From NCBI GenBank assembly GCA_963835065.1, contig CAWIEK010000050.1:160001-224000 (forward strand): a stretch of 64,000 bases of DNA, written 5' to 3'. Made by a program: the position numbers and the translations under genes. Source of the stretch: an uncultured Chthonomonadaceae bacterium (GTDB lineage Bacteria > Armatimonadota > Chthonomonadetes > Chthonomonadales > Chthonomonadaceae). Below the pieces are notes generated by a model. The model did no database searches. It was not told the DNA's origin and saw nothing but the letters and a program-made list of their open reading frames with translations. Numbering within the stretch: position 1 is the stretch's first letter; every line of letters begins with the position of its first letter. Below, in pieces: positions 1 to 10,198 of the stretch.

Positions 1-2451
1 AAGCCCTGCCGGTGGGCAATGGACGGCAGGGCGCAATGGTGTTCGGCGGCGTTTTGCAGGAACACCTGCAGCTGAACGAGTTTACCCTCTGGTCGGGCGA
101 ACCGAAGGACGGCAACAATCCGGGCGCAAAGGATGTTCTGCCGAAAATACGCGCCGCGCTGTTCGCCGGGAAGTACGCCGAAGCCGACAGGCTGTGCCGC
201 CAGATGCAGGGGCCGTATACCGAAGCCTATATGCCGCTTGGCGACCTGCGCCTTGATTTTGAACCTCCTGCCAATCCTGCTGCTGTCAATACCGCAGCCG
301 CTAATTCCAATTCTGCCGCTTTGCCCGCCAATTCCGCCCAGGCAAATTCCAATCCGGCAAATGCGATTCAAAATTACGCGCGTACCCTCGATCTGCATCG
401 CGCCATCGTCACCACGCGCTACACCCAAAATGGCGTCACGTTCACCCGCGAAGTTTTTGCCAGCCATCCCGATCAGGTTATCGTCGTGCATCTGACCGCC
501 GACAAGCCCGGCCAGATTTCGTTTCGCGCGCATCTGGACAGCCCGCTCCAGCATCAGACGGCGGCGGACGGAACCCGCGCCCTGATTATGCAGGGACGCG
601 CGCCCGTCCACGCCGACCCCAATTACGTTCGCAGCGACAACCCGATACGCTACGACGCGGCGGAAGGCGGCGGGCGGAACCCGCTTTGAAGCCCGCCTGC
701 ACATCGAAACGCAGAACGGCATCATTACGGCGGATGGGGACAGCCAGCGCGTCATCGGAGCCGACAGCGTGACGCTCCGGCTTGCCGCCGCCACCAGTTT
801 CAATGGCTACAACCATTCGCCGAGCCGGGAAGGCAAACACCCGGCTGAACTTACCACGCAGGTTTTAACAGCCGCTTCCGCCCATACTTACGACAAACTT
901 CTTGCCGCCCACGTCGCCGATTACCGGAAACTGTTCGGGCGCGTGGAACTCGATCTCGGCGCGGCGAAAACAAACAATCTGCCCACTGAGGAGCGCGTAA
1001 AACAGTTTCACGACAGCAACGATCCGCAGCTTGCCACCCTGCTGTTTCAGTATGGCCGGTATCTGATGATCGCCGGTTCGCGTCCGGGCGGGATGCCGCT
1101 CAACTTGCAGGGTATCTGGAACGACTCGACGCGCCCGCCCTGGAGTTCCAACTATACCATCAACATCAATACGGAAATGAACTACTGGCCTGCCGAAACC
1201 ACCAACCTGGCCGAGTGTCACCTGCCCCTGCTGGATTTTCTGTCCGGGCTTGCCGCCAATGGAAGCAAAACCGCGCAAGTTAATTACGGCGCGCATGGCT
1301 GGACAGCCCACCATAATACCGATGTATGGGCGCAATCCAACCCTGTCGGCAACGGGAGCGGCTCTCCTCAATGGGCGAACTGGCCTATGGGCGGCGCATG
1401 GCTTTGTCGGCATTTATGGGAACATTACACATTTGGCGGCGACAAGCAATTTTTAGCCGCCCATGCCTATCCGCTGATGAAGGGAGCCGCCGAGTTCTGC
1501 CTGGACTGGCTGATTGACGACGGCAAAGGCCATCTCGTGACCGCGCCGTCCACTTCCCCCGAACACTCCTTTACAACTGCGGACGGCCAACATGCAGACG
1601 TGTCCATCGCTACCGCAATGGACATGGAAGTGATTCACGATCTGTTCACGCATTGTATTCAGGCGTCCGAGGTATTGGGGCAGGACAAAGAGTTCGCGGG
1701 CAAATTGAAAACCGCGCTTGCCCGCCTGTATCCCCTGCAAATCAATGGGCAGGGCGCATTGCAGGAGTGGTTTCAGGACTTCACGCCTTCCGACCCGCAC
1801 CACCGGCACGTATCGCACGTCTTCGGCCTGTACCCCGGCAACGAAATCAATCCCGACACGACGCCCGAATTGTACGCGGCGGCGAAAAAAGCGCTGGAAC
1901 AGCGCGGCGACGGCGGAACCGGCTGGGCGCTGGCGTGGAAAATCAACCTGTGGGCGCGATTGCGCGACGGAGAACACGCTTACATTTTCGTCCGCAACCT
2001 GCTGTCGCCTGCGGAATCAAGGAATGTGCAGTACAACGGCAGCGGCGCGGGCGTATATCCCAACCTGTTCGACGCGCACCCGCCCTTTCAGATTGATGGC
2101 AACTTCGGCTGCACGTCCGGCGTCGCGGAAATGCTGCTGCAAAGCCAGAACGGATATCTGGATTTCCTGCCCGCCCTGCCGTCCGCATGGAAAGAGGGGC
2201 ATGTGAAAGGCTTGCGGGCGCGAAACGGCTTTACGGTTGACATGGAATGGCACAGCGGCAAATTGACAACGGCAACCGTTCATTCCATCAACGGGCAGCC
2301 CTGCCGAATACGCGGCTCCCAAATGCAAATCATGGAAGGCAGCCACGCCGTAAAACCCCGTCAGGCAACCCCGACCACTTTTGAGTTCGCAACGCAGATC
2401 GGTAAAGCGTACCGGATTTTACCAACAGACCTTTCTCATAAATCCTTGTGA
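1..2451 (+). CDS. Glycoside hydrolase family 95 (alpha-1,2-L-fucosidase-like); 5' end outside the window, one frameshift near 665-676
   Basis: N-terminal [16 protein letters not shown] and [12 protein letters not shown]-terminal part has [35 protein letters not shown] and [11 protein letters not shown], typical of GH95. ORFs 12..689 and 769..2451 join via GTRFEARLH in the second frame. Confidence 0.92.
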
Positions 2452-2533
2452 ACAACGTAAAGCCTGTCATCGAGCAGACTTATGAAGAAGCCAATGAAAT
2501 CTTGAGCGGATACCGTGCGTGGTTCACAAGGAT

Positions 2534-5500
2534 TTATGAGAAAGTTGCGTTGTACGGCAATGGATCGTTTGCGCTGTTGTTTTCAAGTACGTACTGAACC
2601 ACTTGTTGTAGGCTCATAGTCGCGCTCCATGCTCCAATCACCGCGAAACTCTCTTCAGAAATAGTCTCGCGCAGGGAAACACAGGCTTTATCAATTTCCT
2701 CCCGCTCTGCTGCGGAAAGTGTATTCCCTCTCTCTTCATTGAATCCGGCATAGGCGCTCCAAAGAAAAACGGCAGATTCCGGCTGATCTGCTGCAAGCCG
2801 CGCCAGTCCCCGCAGACAGGCAAGCATACTTCCTGTCTCTCCGAGGCTGTCGAAAAGGCGCAGGGCTTTGCGCATCCACTCTCTGCCTTCCTTGCAATCA
2901 CCCTGTCTACGGGCTACGTCCCCCAGCATAGAATAGGCCCATGCCTCATGCGCCGGGTCTCCTGCATTCTGACAAATCACAATCGAGGCATGGAGGTAGT
3001 TTCGGGCTGTCTGAAACTCGCCCTGCCGAATGGCTGTTCCGCTCAGTCGGCGCAGCATGTTACTCCGGGCAATGGTTTCATTTGCGGGAAGTAACGCGAT
3101 TGCCCGCTCGCCGTAAGCAAACGCGCGCGGATAATCCTGTTGTCCCTCCGCGACATGCGCCAGCGCTTCCAATGCGCACTTCATCGCGTACCAACTGTTC
3201 TTTTCACGGCCCGACTTCAAAAGCGCTTCCCCCATTTCCTGCGCATATACAAAATCGCTCTCGGCGCAAGCCACATAAATTAACTCCTGCTGCACTGCCG
3301 CCGCGTGAATCGAATTACCTTCTTGCTGAAAGTAACCGAGACTTGTTTCCAGGCGTTTCCGCGCTCGTGGAGTATTTTCAGTATCTATATCATGTATGCC
3401 CAGATGATGAAGCGTGTGCGCCATGTATACTTTGTCGCCACAGCCTTCCGCCAGATCATACGCTTTTTCCATAAGCCTAAGCCAGCCGGGTGAAGTTAAA
3501 TACGAAGCCCACAGCGCTACGAGGTAATATAATTTAGCCTGCAACGGCGATGGCGGAGGCAGTTTCTGCGCTTCCAGACGTTGAATCCATTCGCGCAATT
3601 CGGAACTATAGGTCGCAATCAGGCCACACGAACCCAGGGAAGTCAGCAGCAGTATTGCCTCGTCTGAACCTACCGCCTTCCAATGTCGAAGCGCGGCGAA
3701 ATAGTTTTCGCCATCCGCCTGCATCTTGCGCGTCGGACTGAGCGTTTGTTCCCTCGTATCGGCTTGCGCCTCCTCTGCCAGCGCCTGCTGCAAAAAGTAT
3801 TCGGCATGACGCCGTTCCGCATGGGCGCTATCGTCTGGCGCGGCGTGTTCCAGAGCGTACTGGCGCGTCATTTCCAGCAGTTGATAGCGGGGCTGTTCCG
3901 GTTCCGTATCCACGCTCTTCTGGCTCTCGTGAAAAAGAACTAACGACTTTTCCACCAGCCGTTTCAGCAGAACCAGCATCTGCGAGGAGGAGTTTGCTTG
4001 CTGCGCCTTTGTTGTTCTGCCGGAGGGTTTCCCCTCTTCCTGCATAATGAGATTATCACTGCAAACCGCTTCTGCCGCTGCCAGCGTCCAGCCGCCTGCA
4101 AATACGGCAAGCCGCCCCAACAGTCTTCGCTCCGCCTCGTCAAGGAGGGAATAACTGCTATTGAACGCTCCCTGTAAATTCCCGTGACGCTGCGGCATCT
4201 CAGATTTCCGGTTTCGAGGAAAAGAAAAACGCTCTTCCAGGCGTGTCAGCATCTGCGATGGCGTCAGCGTGTCTGCCCAGGCCGCCACCAGCTCTATTGC
4301 CAGGGGCATGCCTTCCAATTTGGCGCATAGGGCGACCACGGCGCGGGCATTCTCCTGCGTCAACTGAAAGCCGGCGCGGCGAGCCGCCGCGCGTTCTACA
4401 AACAACTGCACACCCGGAAATTGGAGCAAATCAGGCACAGATTTATCTTCCAATTTCACCTCAGCAGGGCAGGCGAGTGGCTGAACGTTGACTTCTATTT
4501 CTCCCACCAGGTCCAGCGAACGGCGGGACGTGACAAGACAAACCAGAAGGGGGAGGGAAGCGAGCAAATCCTGAACAAATCGCGCTCCTTCCTCTATCAA
4601 ATGCTCATAGTTGTCCAGTATCAAAAGCGAAGGGGTGGCGCGAAACCGCTGTACGATCTGCGCGAAGGGATCGGTCTGATCAGGAACAATTTGGAGGGTA
4701 TCGCGCACCCTTTCGGCCAATCGTTGAGCGTCAGGCATCTCTGCCAATGATACGAACCAAACCTGTTCTGCAAATTTTTCTTGAAGCTGCTGTCCAACAG
4801 CGATAGCGAGGCGAGTTTTGCCCGCTCCACCCGGCCCCTTCAGCGTAACCAGACGTGACTCGTCAAGACTGGCGCATACTGCGGCCACCTCGGTTTCTCG
4901 CCCAATCAATCGCGTCAACGGCGCGGGGAGCGACGTGGACGTGGCGGGCAAGAACATCCGGGGCATTGCCGCCGTGTTTTTGCGTTTCTCGCACAGTTCC
5001 TTGTAGCAGGCGGTGGTTTGCGGGTCCGGCAAGGTCTGGAGTTCGGCGTGAAGATACAGCCGCAAGTCACGATACACCTGCGTGGCGGCGGCATAATCAC
5101 TCCTGTCGGTCAGCGCTTGCATCAATAGCCGACAAGCGCTTTCACGCAGCGGCTCGACGGCGATCAGCTTGCGCAGGCAGGAGATCGCTTCCTCATTTTT
5201 GCCCTCCGCCAGAGACTGCCCGGCTAAAGTCTCCAGAGCGCCATAATAAGCCCCGGCACGCTCCAAACGTTCGGGTACAAGCCACTCCGCTTCACAGCCT
5301 TCCAATAAAGCGCCGCGATACGCTGCCGTAGCGGCCTTTAATGCTGCGGCGTTCCCCTTGCGAATGGCCGCATCGAAGGCTATTACGTCCGCCCATGCGC
5401 CTGTAAGGTTGAAACTCAGCGCGCGGGGAGTGGGCGCATGAAGCCGGTTCGCCTCCCCACCCAACGCCTTGCGCAGATCGGTCAGGCTCAGGCGCAAATT

Positions 5501-5713
5501 CGCAAGCGCCTGACTTTCCGTACTTTCCGGCCAGAGAACGCTCGCGAGCCAGGTTCGTTCCGTGTAGCGTCCCTGACGCAGTACAAGCAATGTCAGCAGT
5601 TCCTGCCCCTTCCGAGAGCGCAGGCGCGGCAGCGGGCAGCCGTTGATTTGCGCATCGAACGCCCCAAAAAGCCGGAGGTGAAGGGGACACGCTGTATTTC
5701 CAAAATCTGACAT
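2534..5713 (-). CDS. AfsR/SARP-like transcriptional regulator (winged helix + BTAD + NB-ARC ATPase + TPR)
   Basis: LRLFGAFDAQING start, BTAD-like AYRGALLEG/EPLRESACRLLM, Walker A GPGGAGKTRLA, Walker B LLILDNYEH, LEGMPLAIEL, C-terminal TPR-like helices. Confidence 0.9.
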   Translation of the reverse strand: MSDFGNTACPLHLRLFGAFDAQINGCPLPRLRSRKGQELLTLLVLRQGRYTERTWLASVLWPESTESQALANLRLSLTDLRKALGGEANRLHAPTPRALSFNLTGAWADVIAFDAAIRKGNAAALKAATAAYRGALLEGCEAEWLVPERLERAGAYYGALETLAGQSLAEGKNEEAISCLRKLIAVEPLRESACRLLMQALTDRSDYAAATQVYRDLRLYLHAELQTLPDPQTTACYKELCEKRKNTAAMPRMFLPATSTSLPAPLTRLIGRETEVAAVCASLDESRLVTLKGPGGAGKTRLAIAVGQQLQEKFAEQVWFVSLAEMPDAQRLAERVRDTLQIVPDQTDPFAQIVQRFRATPSLLILDNYEHLIEEGARFVQDLLASLPLLVCLVTSRRSLDLVGEIEVNVQPLACPAEVKLEDKSVPDLLQFPGVQLFVERAAARRAGFQLTQENARAVVALCAKLEGMPLAIELVAAWADTLTPSQMLTRLEERFSFPRNRKSEMPQRHGNLQGAFNSSYSLLDEAERRLLGRLAVFAGGWTLAAAEAVCSDNLIMQEEGKPSGRTTKAQQANSSSQMLVLLKRLVEKSLVLFHESQKSVDTEPEQPRYQLLEMTRQYALEHAAPDDSAHAERRHAEYFLQQALAEEAQADTREQTLSPTRKMQADGENYFAALRHWKAVGSDEAILLLTSLGSCGLIATYSSELREWIQRLEAQKLPPPSPLQAKLYYLVALWASYLTSPGWLRLMEKAYDLAEGCGDKVYMAHTLHHLGIHDIDTENTPRARKRLETSLGYFQQEGNSIHAAAVQQELIYVACAESDFVYAQEMGEALLKSGREKNSWYAMKCALEALAHVAEGQQDYPRAFAYGERAIALLPANETIARSNMLRRLSGTAIRQGEFQTARNYLHASIVICQNAGDPAHEAWAYSMLGDVARRQGDCKEGREWMRKALRLFDSLGETGSMLACLRGLARLAADQPESAVFLWSAYAGFNEERGNTLSAAEREEIDKACVSLRETISEESFAVIGAWSATMSLQQVVQYVLENNSANDPLPYNATFS

Positions 5714-5868
5714 ACTTGCTGTTTCTTCCTGATGACTTCTTTATGTCTGACGACTTATTTTAATCTACACATTCGTGCCTTGATAACGTTTTTCCTTCTC
5801 TCTTGATAACGCTTTCGATAATACGCCTGTACGATACTGTCGCTAAGTTCAAAGTTAAGGAGAATTTC

Positions 5869-6750
5869 ATGTTCACGCAACGATTTATCATACACGAGAG
5901 AGCATTACTACCGCGTATGTCAGCCCTTCCTACCACTCTGCTCGGTTTTGCTGCGCTCATCATGCTCACCGGTCCTGCTCACGCGCAGGATTCCTATATC
6001 CAGACCAATACTACGCTCGACAGCTCCAACCCCATTCTCTTCGGAGCCGTTGTCGGCAAGAACAATACTCGCACCATTAACACCAGTCCCATTGTCCGTC
6101 TGGTCAGCGGCGGCTCTATCAATTTTCACCTGGATACCTATAATAGCAGCACCTTCAACATGTCGGGCGGTTCCATTGGTAATGGCATAAGGGCATTGGA
6201 TAGCAGCGCTATCAACATCTCCGGCGGTTCAGTCAGTAAACAATTAAATGCCGTTGACAATAGTACGTTCAACATCTCTGGCGGCTCTTTTGACTACCCC
6301 CTGGCAGCCTACAACAACAGCGTCGTCAACATCTCCGGCGGCTCTACTTTCGTAGGCATCTTCGCCCAGGATAACAGCGCCATCACGGTGTCAGGAGGTT
6401 CCATTGATAAATTCGATACCGCCAATCTGCTTCTCTCAGATAACAGTGTCCTCACCCTTGTCGGCAGTAACCTCAGCCTCACAGACGCTGGCGCAGACAA
6501 TCGGTTCGGGGGAGAGGACTTTGCGCTGTCCGGCACATTAGCAGGAGGTACGGACCTCACCGGCTACGTGCTGAATGAATGGAAAGGATTTACCGGCAGC
6601 GTCCATTTACAAAACGCGCCTGCCACCACACCGGAACCATCCACGCTTACCTTTCTGCTCACTGGCTGGCTAGTCGCACGGCTTGCCTTCCGTGATCAGC
6701 GCACTAAGAAGGTTCCTGGTTTCCCAGACTGCTGTACCAGTGAACAATAG
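5869..6750 (+). CDS. PEP-CTERM surface protein with SSTFNISGGS-type beta-helix repeats
   Basis: AAGGAG RBS before ATG 5869; signal peptide ending AHA; repeated (S/N)xxNISGGS; C-terminal TPEPSTLTFLL + hydrophobic stretch + basic residues. Confidence 0.8.
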   Translation: MFTQRFIIHERALLPRMSALPTTLLGFAALIMLTGPAHAQDSYIQTNTTLDSSNPILFGAVVGKNNTRTINTSPIVRLVSGGSINFHLDTYNSSTFNMSGGSIGNGIRALDSSAINISGGSVSKQLNAVDNSTFNISGGSFDYPLAAYNNSVVNISGGSTFVGIFAQDNSAITVSGGSIDKFDTANLLLSDNSVLTLVGSNLSLTDAGADNRFGGEDFALSGTLAGGTDLTGYVLNEWKGFTGSVHLQNAPATTPEPSTLTFLLTGWLVARLAFRDQRTKKVPGFPDCCTSEQ

Positions 6751-6930
6751 ATGACGCACAGGTTTTCGTGGGTTACTACGACAGCCTGCCCTGACAGGCA
6801 TTTATCCGGCAAAGCCGGAGAAGGAGTGGAGAGCATGTCAGATCAGAATTATGGAACAAGCGCGAAGAAACTCCCTTTGTCGGAGGAGATTGAGGCGATG
6901 GTCGCATTTCCGCAGGGCGCTGTGGGGCTG

Positions 6931-7110
6931 GATTTTGTCGGCGTTTTTGGGGCTTCTTATGTAGGCGCGAATAGAAGCGGCTTCTTCTTCCGTGAGCGCG
7001 GCTTTGTTGCGACCGCTGTCCCGGAACCGGGCAGTATCGCGCTGCTCATTGGCATGGTAGTACCGGGAGCCGCCTTCGTCATGCAGCGCAGAAAGGTGAG
7101 GACGGCTTGA
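6931..7110 (+). pseudogene. Remnant 3' end of a PEP-CTERM gene paralogous to 8421..9461
   Basis: DFVGVFGASYVGANRSGFFFRERGFVATAVPEPGSIALLIGM aligns with DFVGIIGASYEGADGNGFFFRERGFTASAVPEPGSITLLIGM (9282-9461); no signal peptide or N-terminal body. Confidence 0.7.
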
Positions 7111-7523
7111 ACAACTCTCGCATCAGGCGAAACACACCAGATGAACGGGAATTGCGATTCCAGGCGCGATGGGCTTCCGGGCGCTATCACCATCGCTCCT
7201 GGTTTGCAGCCAACCGGTGTCTTGATGTGCGGCTGACATCGGTTGCACTGCACACGCGCCTGATGTTTCCTTATTCTCTGTTCTCTTCCACGCACTGGGG
7301 TTTCAAGAACGCCATTCCTATCAAACAGGTGCAAACGGTGCAGGCGGCGCGTTTTCTGAACTGGTGGCCGACCGTGGAAATAACTTTTCTGGATGATGCA
7401 GGACGTAGCCGCTGCCTCGAAATCGGCTTTACCGGCCCTTTGCCGCAGCTGGGAACCAGCCAACAGGAAAAGCGTGACATCTTTTTGCGCGCCATGCAGA
7501 AAGCGCAGCAGGAGGGACAGTAG
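7107..7523 (+). CDS. Hypothetical protein (possible PH-like fold)
   Basis: 138-aa ORF with TTG start overlapping the previous stop; protein-like composition; no recognisable motif. Confidence 0.4.
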   Translation: MNNSRIRRNTPDERELRFQARWASGRYHHRSWFAANRCLDVRLTSVALHTRLMFPYSLFSSTHWGFKNAIPIKQVQTVQAARFLNWWPTVEITFLDDAGRSRCLEIGFTGPLPQLGTSQQEKRDIFLRAMQKAQQEGQ

Positions 7524-7572
7524 AGCGCATCTTCGCCGTCCTGACACTCGCTTGAAAGGAGCCATTACGGCT

Positions 7573-8381
7573 ATGCTTCACGGAAACCTATTTACTCGTC
7601 GGGCGGTTTCTGCCCTTTTCGACTTTACCGGCAGAAATCGCGTTGCGCCGACTCGGACTGCTCAAGCAGCAACGGCAGCGCCACGACCACATTCTGCAAA
7701 ACGGATGGACTTGGCGGCAATGATGTCGGCACTACTCGCCTGTGGCATGGGAGCAGCACAGGCCGATGTGGTCTTCTTCGATGGCACATTCGACGACGCG
7801 AATTGGACTGTCACGCAGTCGCATGATCTTATATCTGCCCATCAAATCGGCAGCGGCGGCAACCCGGGAAGTTTCAGGCAGACCCAAATCTCTTCCGCTG
7901 AGCAATTCGATTATGCGGTGAGCGTAAACAATGCCTTCCTCTACAATCCTTCCACGCAAGGAGCCATTACGGCTTTCACCTTCGAGAACGATCTTATCAG
8001 AATCACCAGGAATTTTGGGTCGGATTACTATCTCTTGATCCAGCAGGCCGGGGTCTCTTACTACGATCTGCGGCACCAGCGAACGCCGGAGGAGACAATT
8101 GGGGCCATAGTTCCCGAACCTTCGACACCTCCGACCTTGGAAACTTCACCAGACTGGATGGAGCCTCCGGCTCGCCCAACTTTACGGTGACGGGAGCGGC
8201 TATTCAGTTCGGCTATGTTGACATTGCTCCTGGCGCCGGGTTTTTTCAGACAGACACAGGGATTGATAACTATGCCCTCACCGTGGTCGCGTCCCCCGCT
8301 GCCGTCCCGGAACCCGGAGCGCTGGCCTTGCTTGCAGCGGGTGGGTTGTCTGCGTTCTGTCTATGGAAACGCCGCCATTAG
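7573..8381 (+). CDS. PEP-CTERM protein, frameshift near 8070-8095
   Basis: GAAAGGA RBS; signal-like stretch ending AAQA then DVVFFDGTFDDANW; the alternate frame continues DNWGHSSRTFD...IQFGY...GIDNY..VPEPGALALLAAGGL..WKRRH. Confidence 0.75.
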
Positions 8382-8420
8382 AAGGCGTCTATTTAAAAGG
8401 GTCTATTTGAAAGGAAAGTC

Positions 8421-9461
8421 ATGTTTACAAAACTAAATCTTACGATAACGGGCGTTCTGACGCTCCTGGCACTGACTGCCACTCGCCCCGCAACCGCACA
8501 AACAGCCTGGCAGTACAGTATCTTCAATGGGCCTGCCGCCGGCACGTTCTACCAGCTCAATGCCATCAACAACGCGGGAACCATTGCGGGCACATATAGC
8601 GGTCAGGCCGCGTCCGGCGTGTTCGTCATGCAGGGCAGCGCGTTCACAACATTTGGCAATGGCGATAGCCAACTGAATGGCATCAATAACGCCGGGACCA
8701 CAACGGGATATTTCTACGATGCCATTGCGGACGTTGAAACGCCCTTTGTTCGCGCGGCGGATGGAACCTTCTCTTTCCTGCCAAAATTAGTTTATGGAGA
8801 TGTTCCCCAGGCGCTCAATGATACCGGCAAAGTTGTCGGCTACTCTACCGATGACTTTTCCACTGTTCACGGCGCGATGTGGAGCGGTGGCAGCGAGACA
8901 ACTTCGGACTATCCCGGCGCAAGCGATACGGTCTACTATGGCATCAACGACGCGGGCAAGATCGTCGGCGATACCAACACCGTCACCGGTAATGGCCCGA
9001 CAGAAGCCTTTACGCTGGACAATGGCGTTTTCACGCCCTTTGTCATTCCCGGGGCTGCTGTTACCATTGCAGAAGGCATCAACAATGCCGATCAAATACT
9101 GGGCCGATACGGGGATGCGAACGGAAGCTTTCATGGCTTTATCCTGGACAACGGAACCGTGACCACGCTGGACTTTCCCGATCTCGATTCGATTTTCGGG
9201 CTGACGTTTACTGATAGCAATGGCAAACTGTTCAATCGGCAAAGGCCCTTCACCATCCCGCTCGGCTTCAATGACAGGGAGGATTTTGTGGGCATCATCG
9301 GGGCTTCGTATGAAGGCGCGGATGGAAACGGCTTCTTTTTCAGAGAGCGCGGCTTTACAGCTTCCGCAGTTCCTGAACCGGGCAGTATAACGTTGCTTAT
9401 CGGCATGGCAGTGTCGGGAGCAGCCTTCGTCATGCGACGTAGAAATGCCGGAGTTGCTTAG
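8421..9461 (+). CDS. PEP-CTERM protein with HAF-like (GINNAG) extracellular repeats
   Basis: Signal peptide, repeated AINNAG/GINNAG/GINDAG/GINNAD, C-terminal VPEPGSITLLIGM..MRRR. Confidence 0.88.
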   Translation: MFTKLNLTITGVLTLLALTATRPATAQTAWQYSIFNGPAAGTFYQLNAINNAGTIAGTYSGQAASGVFVMQGSAFTTFGNGDSQLNGINNAGTTTGYFYDAIADVETPFVRAADGTFSFLPKLVYGDVPQALNDTGKVVGYSTDDFSTVHGAMWSGGSETTSDYPGASDTVYYGINDAGKIVGDTNTVTGNGPTEAFTLDNGVFTPFVIPGAAVTIAEGINNADQILGRYGDANGSFHGFILDNGTVTTLDFPDLDSIFGLTFTDSNGKLFNRQRPFTIPLGFNDREDFVGIIGASYEGADGNGFFFRERGFTASAVPEPGSITLLIGMAVSGAAFVMRRRNAGVA

Positions 9462-9488
9462 GCTGTTCTTCCATAAAGGGGCTGGCAA

Positions 9489-10010
9489 ATGACGCAAGTA
9501 GCCATCATTGGAAACGCGGGCGGTGGCAAGAGTACGCTCAGTCGCCGCCTCAGCCAGGTCATTGGTTTGCCATTACATTCCATTGATTTGATCCAGTGGA
9601 AACCGGGCTGGATAGCGGCTCCTGCGGAGGAAGTAAGGCAGAAGCACGAGGCGATTCTATCTCAGGAAAAGTGGATCATAGATGGCTGGGGCGACTGGGA
9701 CAATATCGAGGCGCGCTTTGCGGCTGCCGATACCATCATCCTTGTTGACTTCCCGCTTTACATTCACTACTGGTGGGCCATGAAGCGTCAGTTCATGTGC
9801 TTGTTCCGTCCGCGCCCGGATGGGCCGGAAGGATGTCCCATGCTGCCCATGACCTGGCGGCTCTTGCAGTTGATGTGGATGATCCATTATAAAATGCGTC
9901 CTCGCCTGTTGGAAATGGCTGGAAGCCTGCCATCCAACAATCGAGTATTTCATCTCCGCTCGCCACGAGAATTACGCCGATTTGTCCGTGAACATTGTCC
10001 TTCTCCATAG
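9489..10010 (+). CDS. P-loop kinase of the adenylate kinase/topology modulation protein (FlaR-like) family
   Basis: IIGNAGGGKSTL Walker A, WKPGW, WIIDG, ADTIILVDFP, GCP motif. Confidence 0.8.
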   Translation: MTQVAIIGNAGGGKSTLSRRLSQVIGLPLHSIDLIQWKPGWIAAPAEEVRQKHEAILSQEKWIIDGWGDWDNIEARFAAADTIILVDFPLYIHYWWAMKRQFMCLFRPRPDGPEGCPMLPMTWRLLQLMWMIHYKMRPRLLEMAGSLPSNNRVFHLRSPRELRRFVREHCPSP

Positions 10011-10198
10011 ACCACAGAAAGATTAACCGGGTTGCCTGCACCTGTATTCGCATTGTCGCCCCTCTTCATCGAAACTCGCCTCATCGTTGATTTCTGCATT
10101 TCTCCATCGGATGCAGGAATTTGCTCTGTGTATAGCGAATAATGCCGCATCCGCCAGACGGCGCTTTTCAACTCTCACTTCTTACAAGAGGCTCAAAC

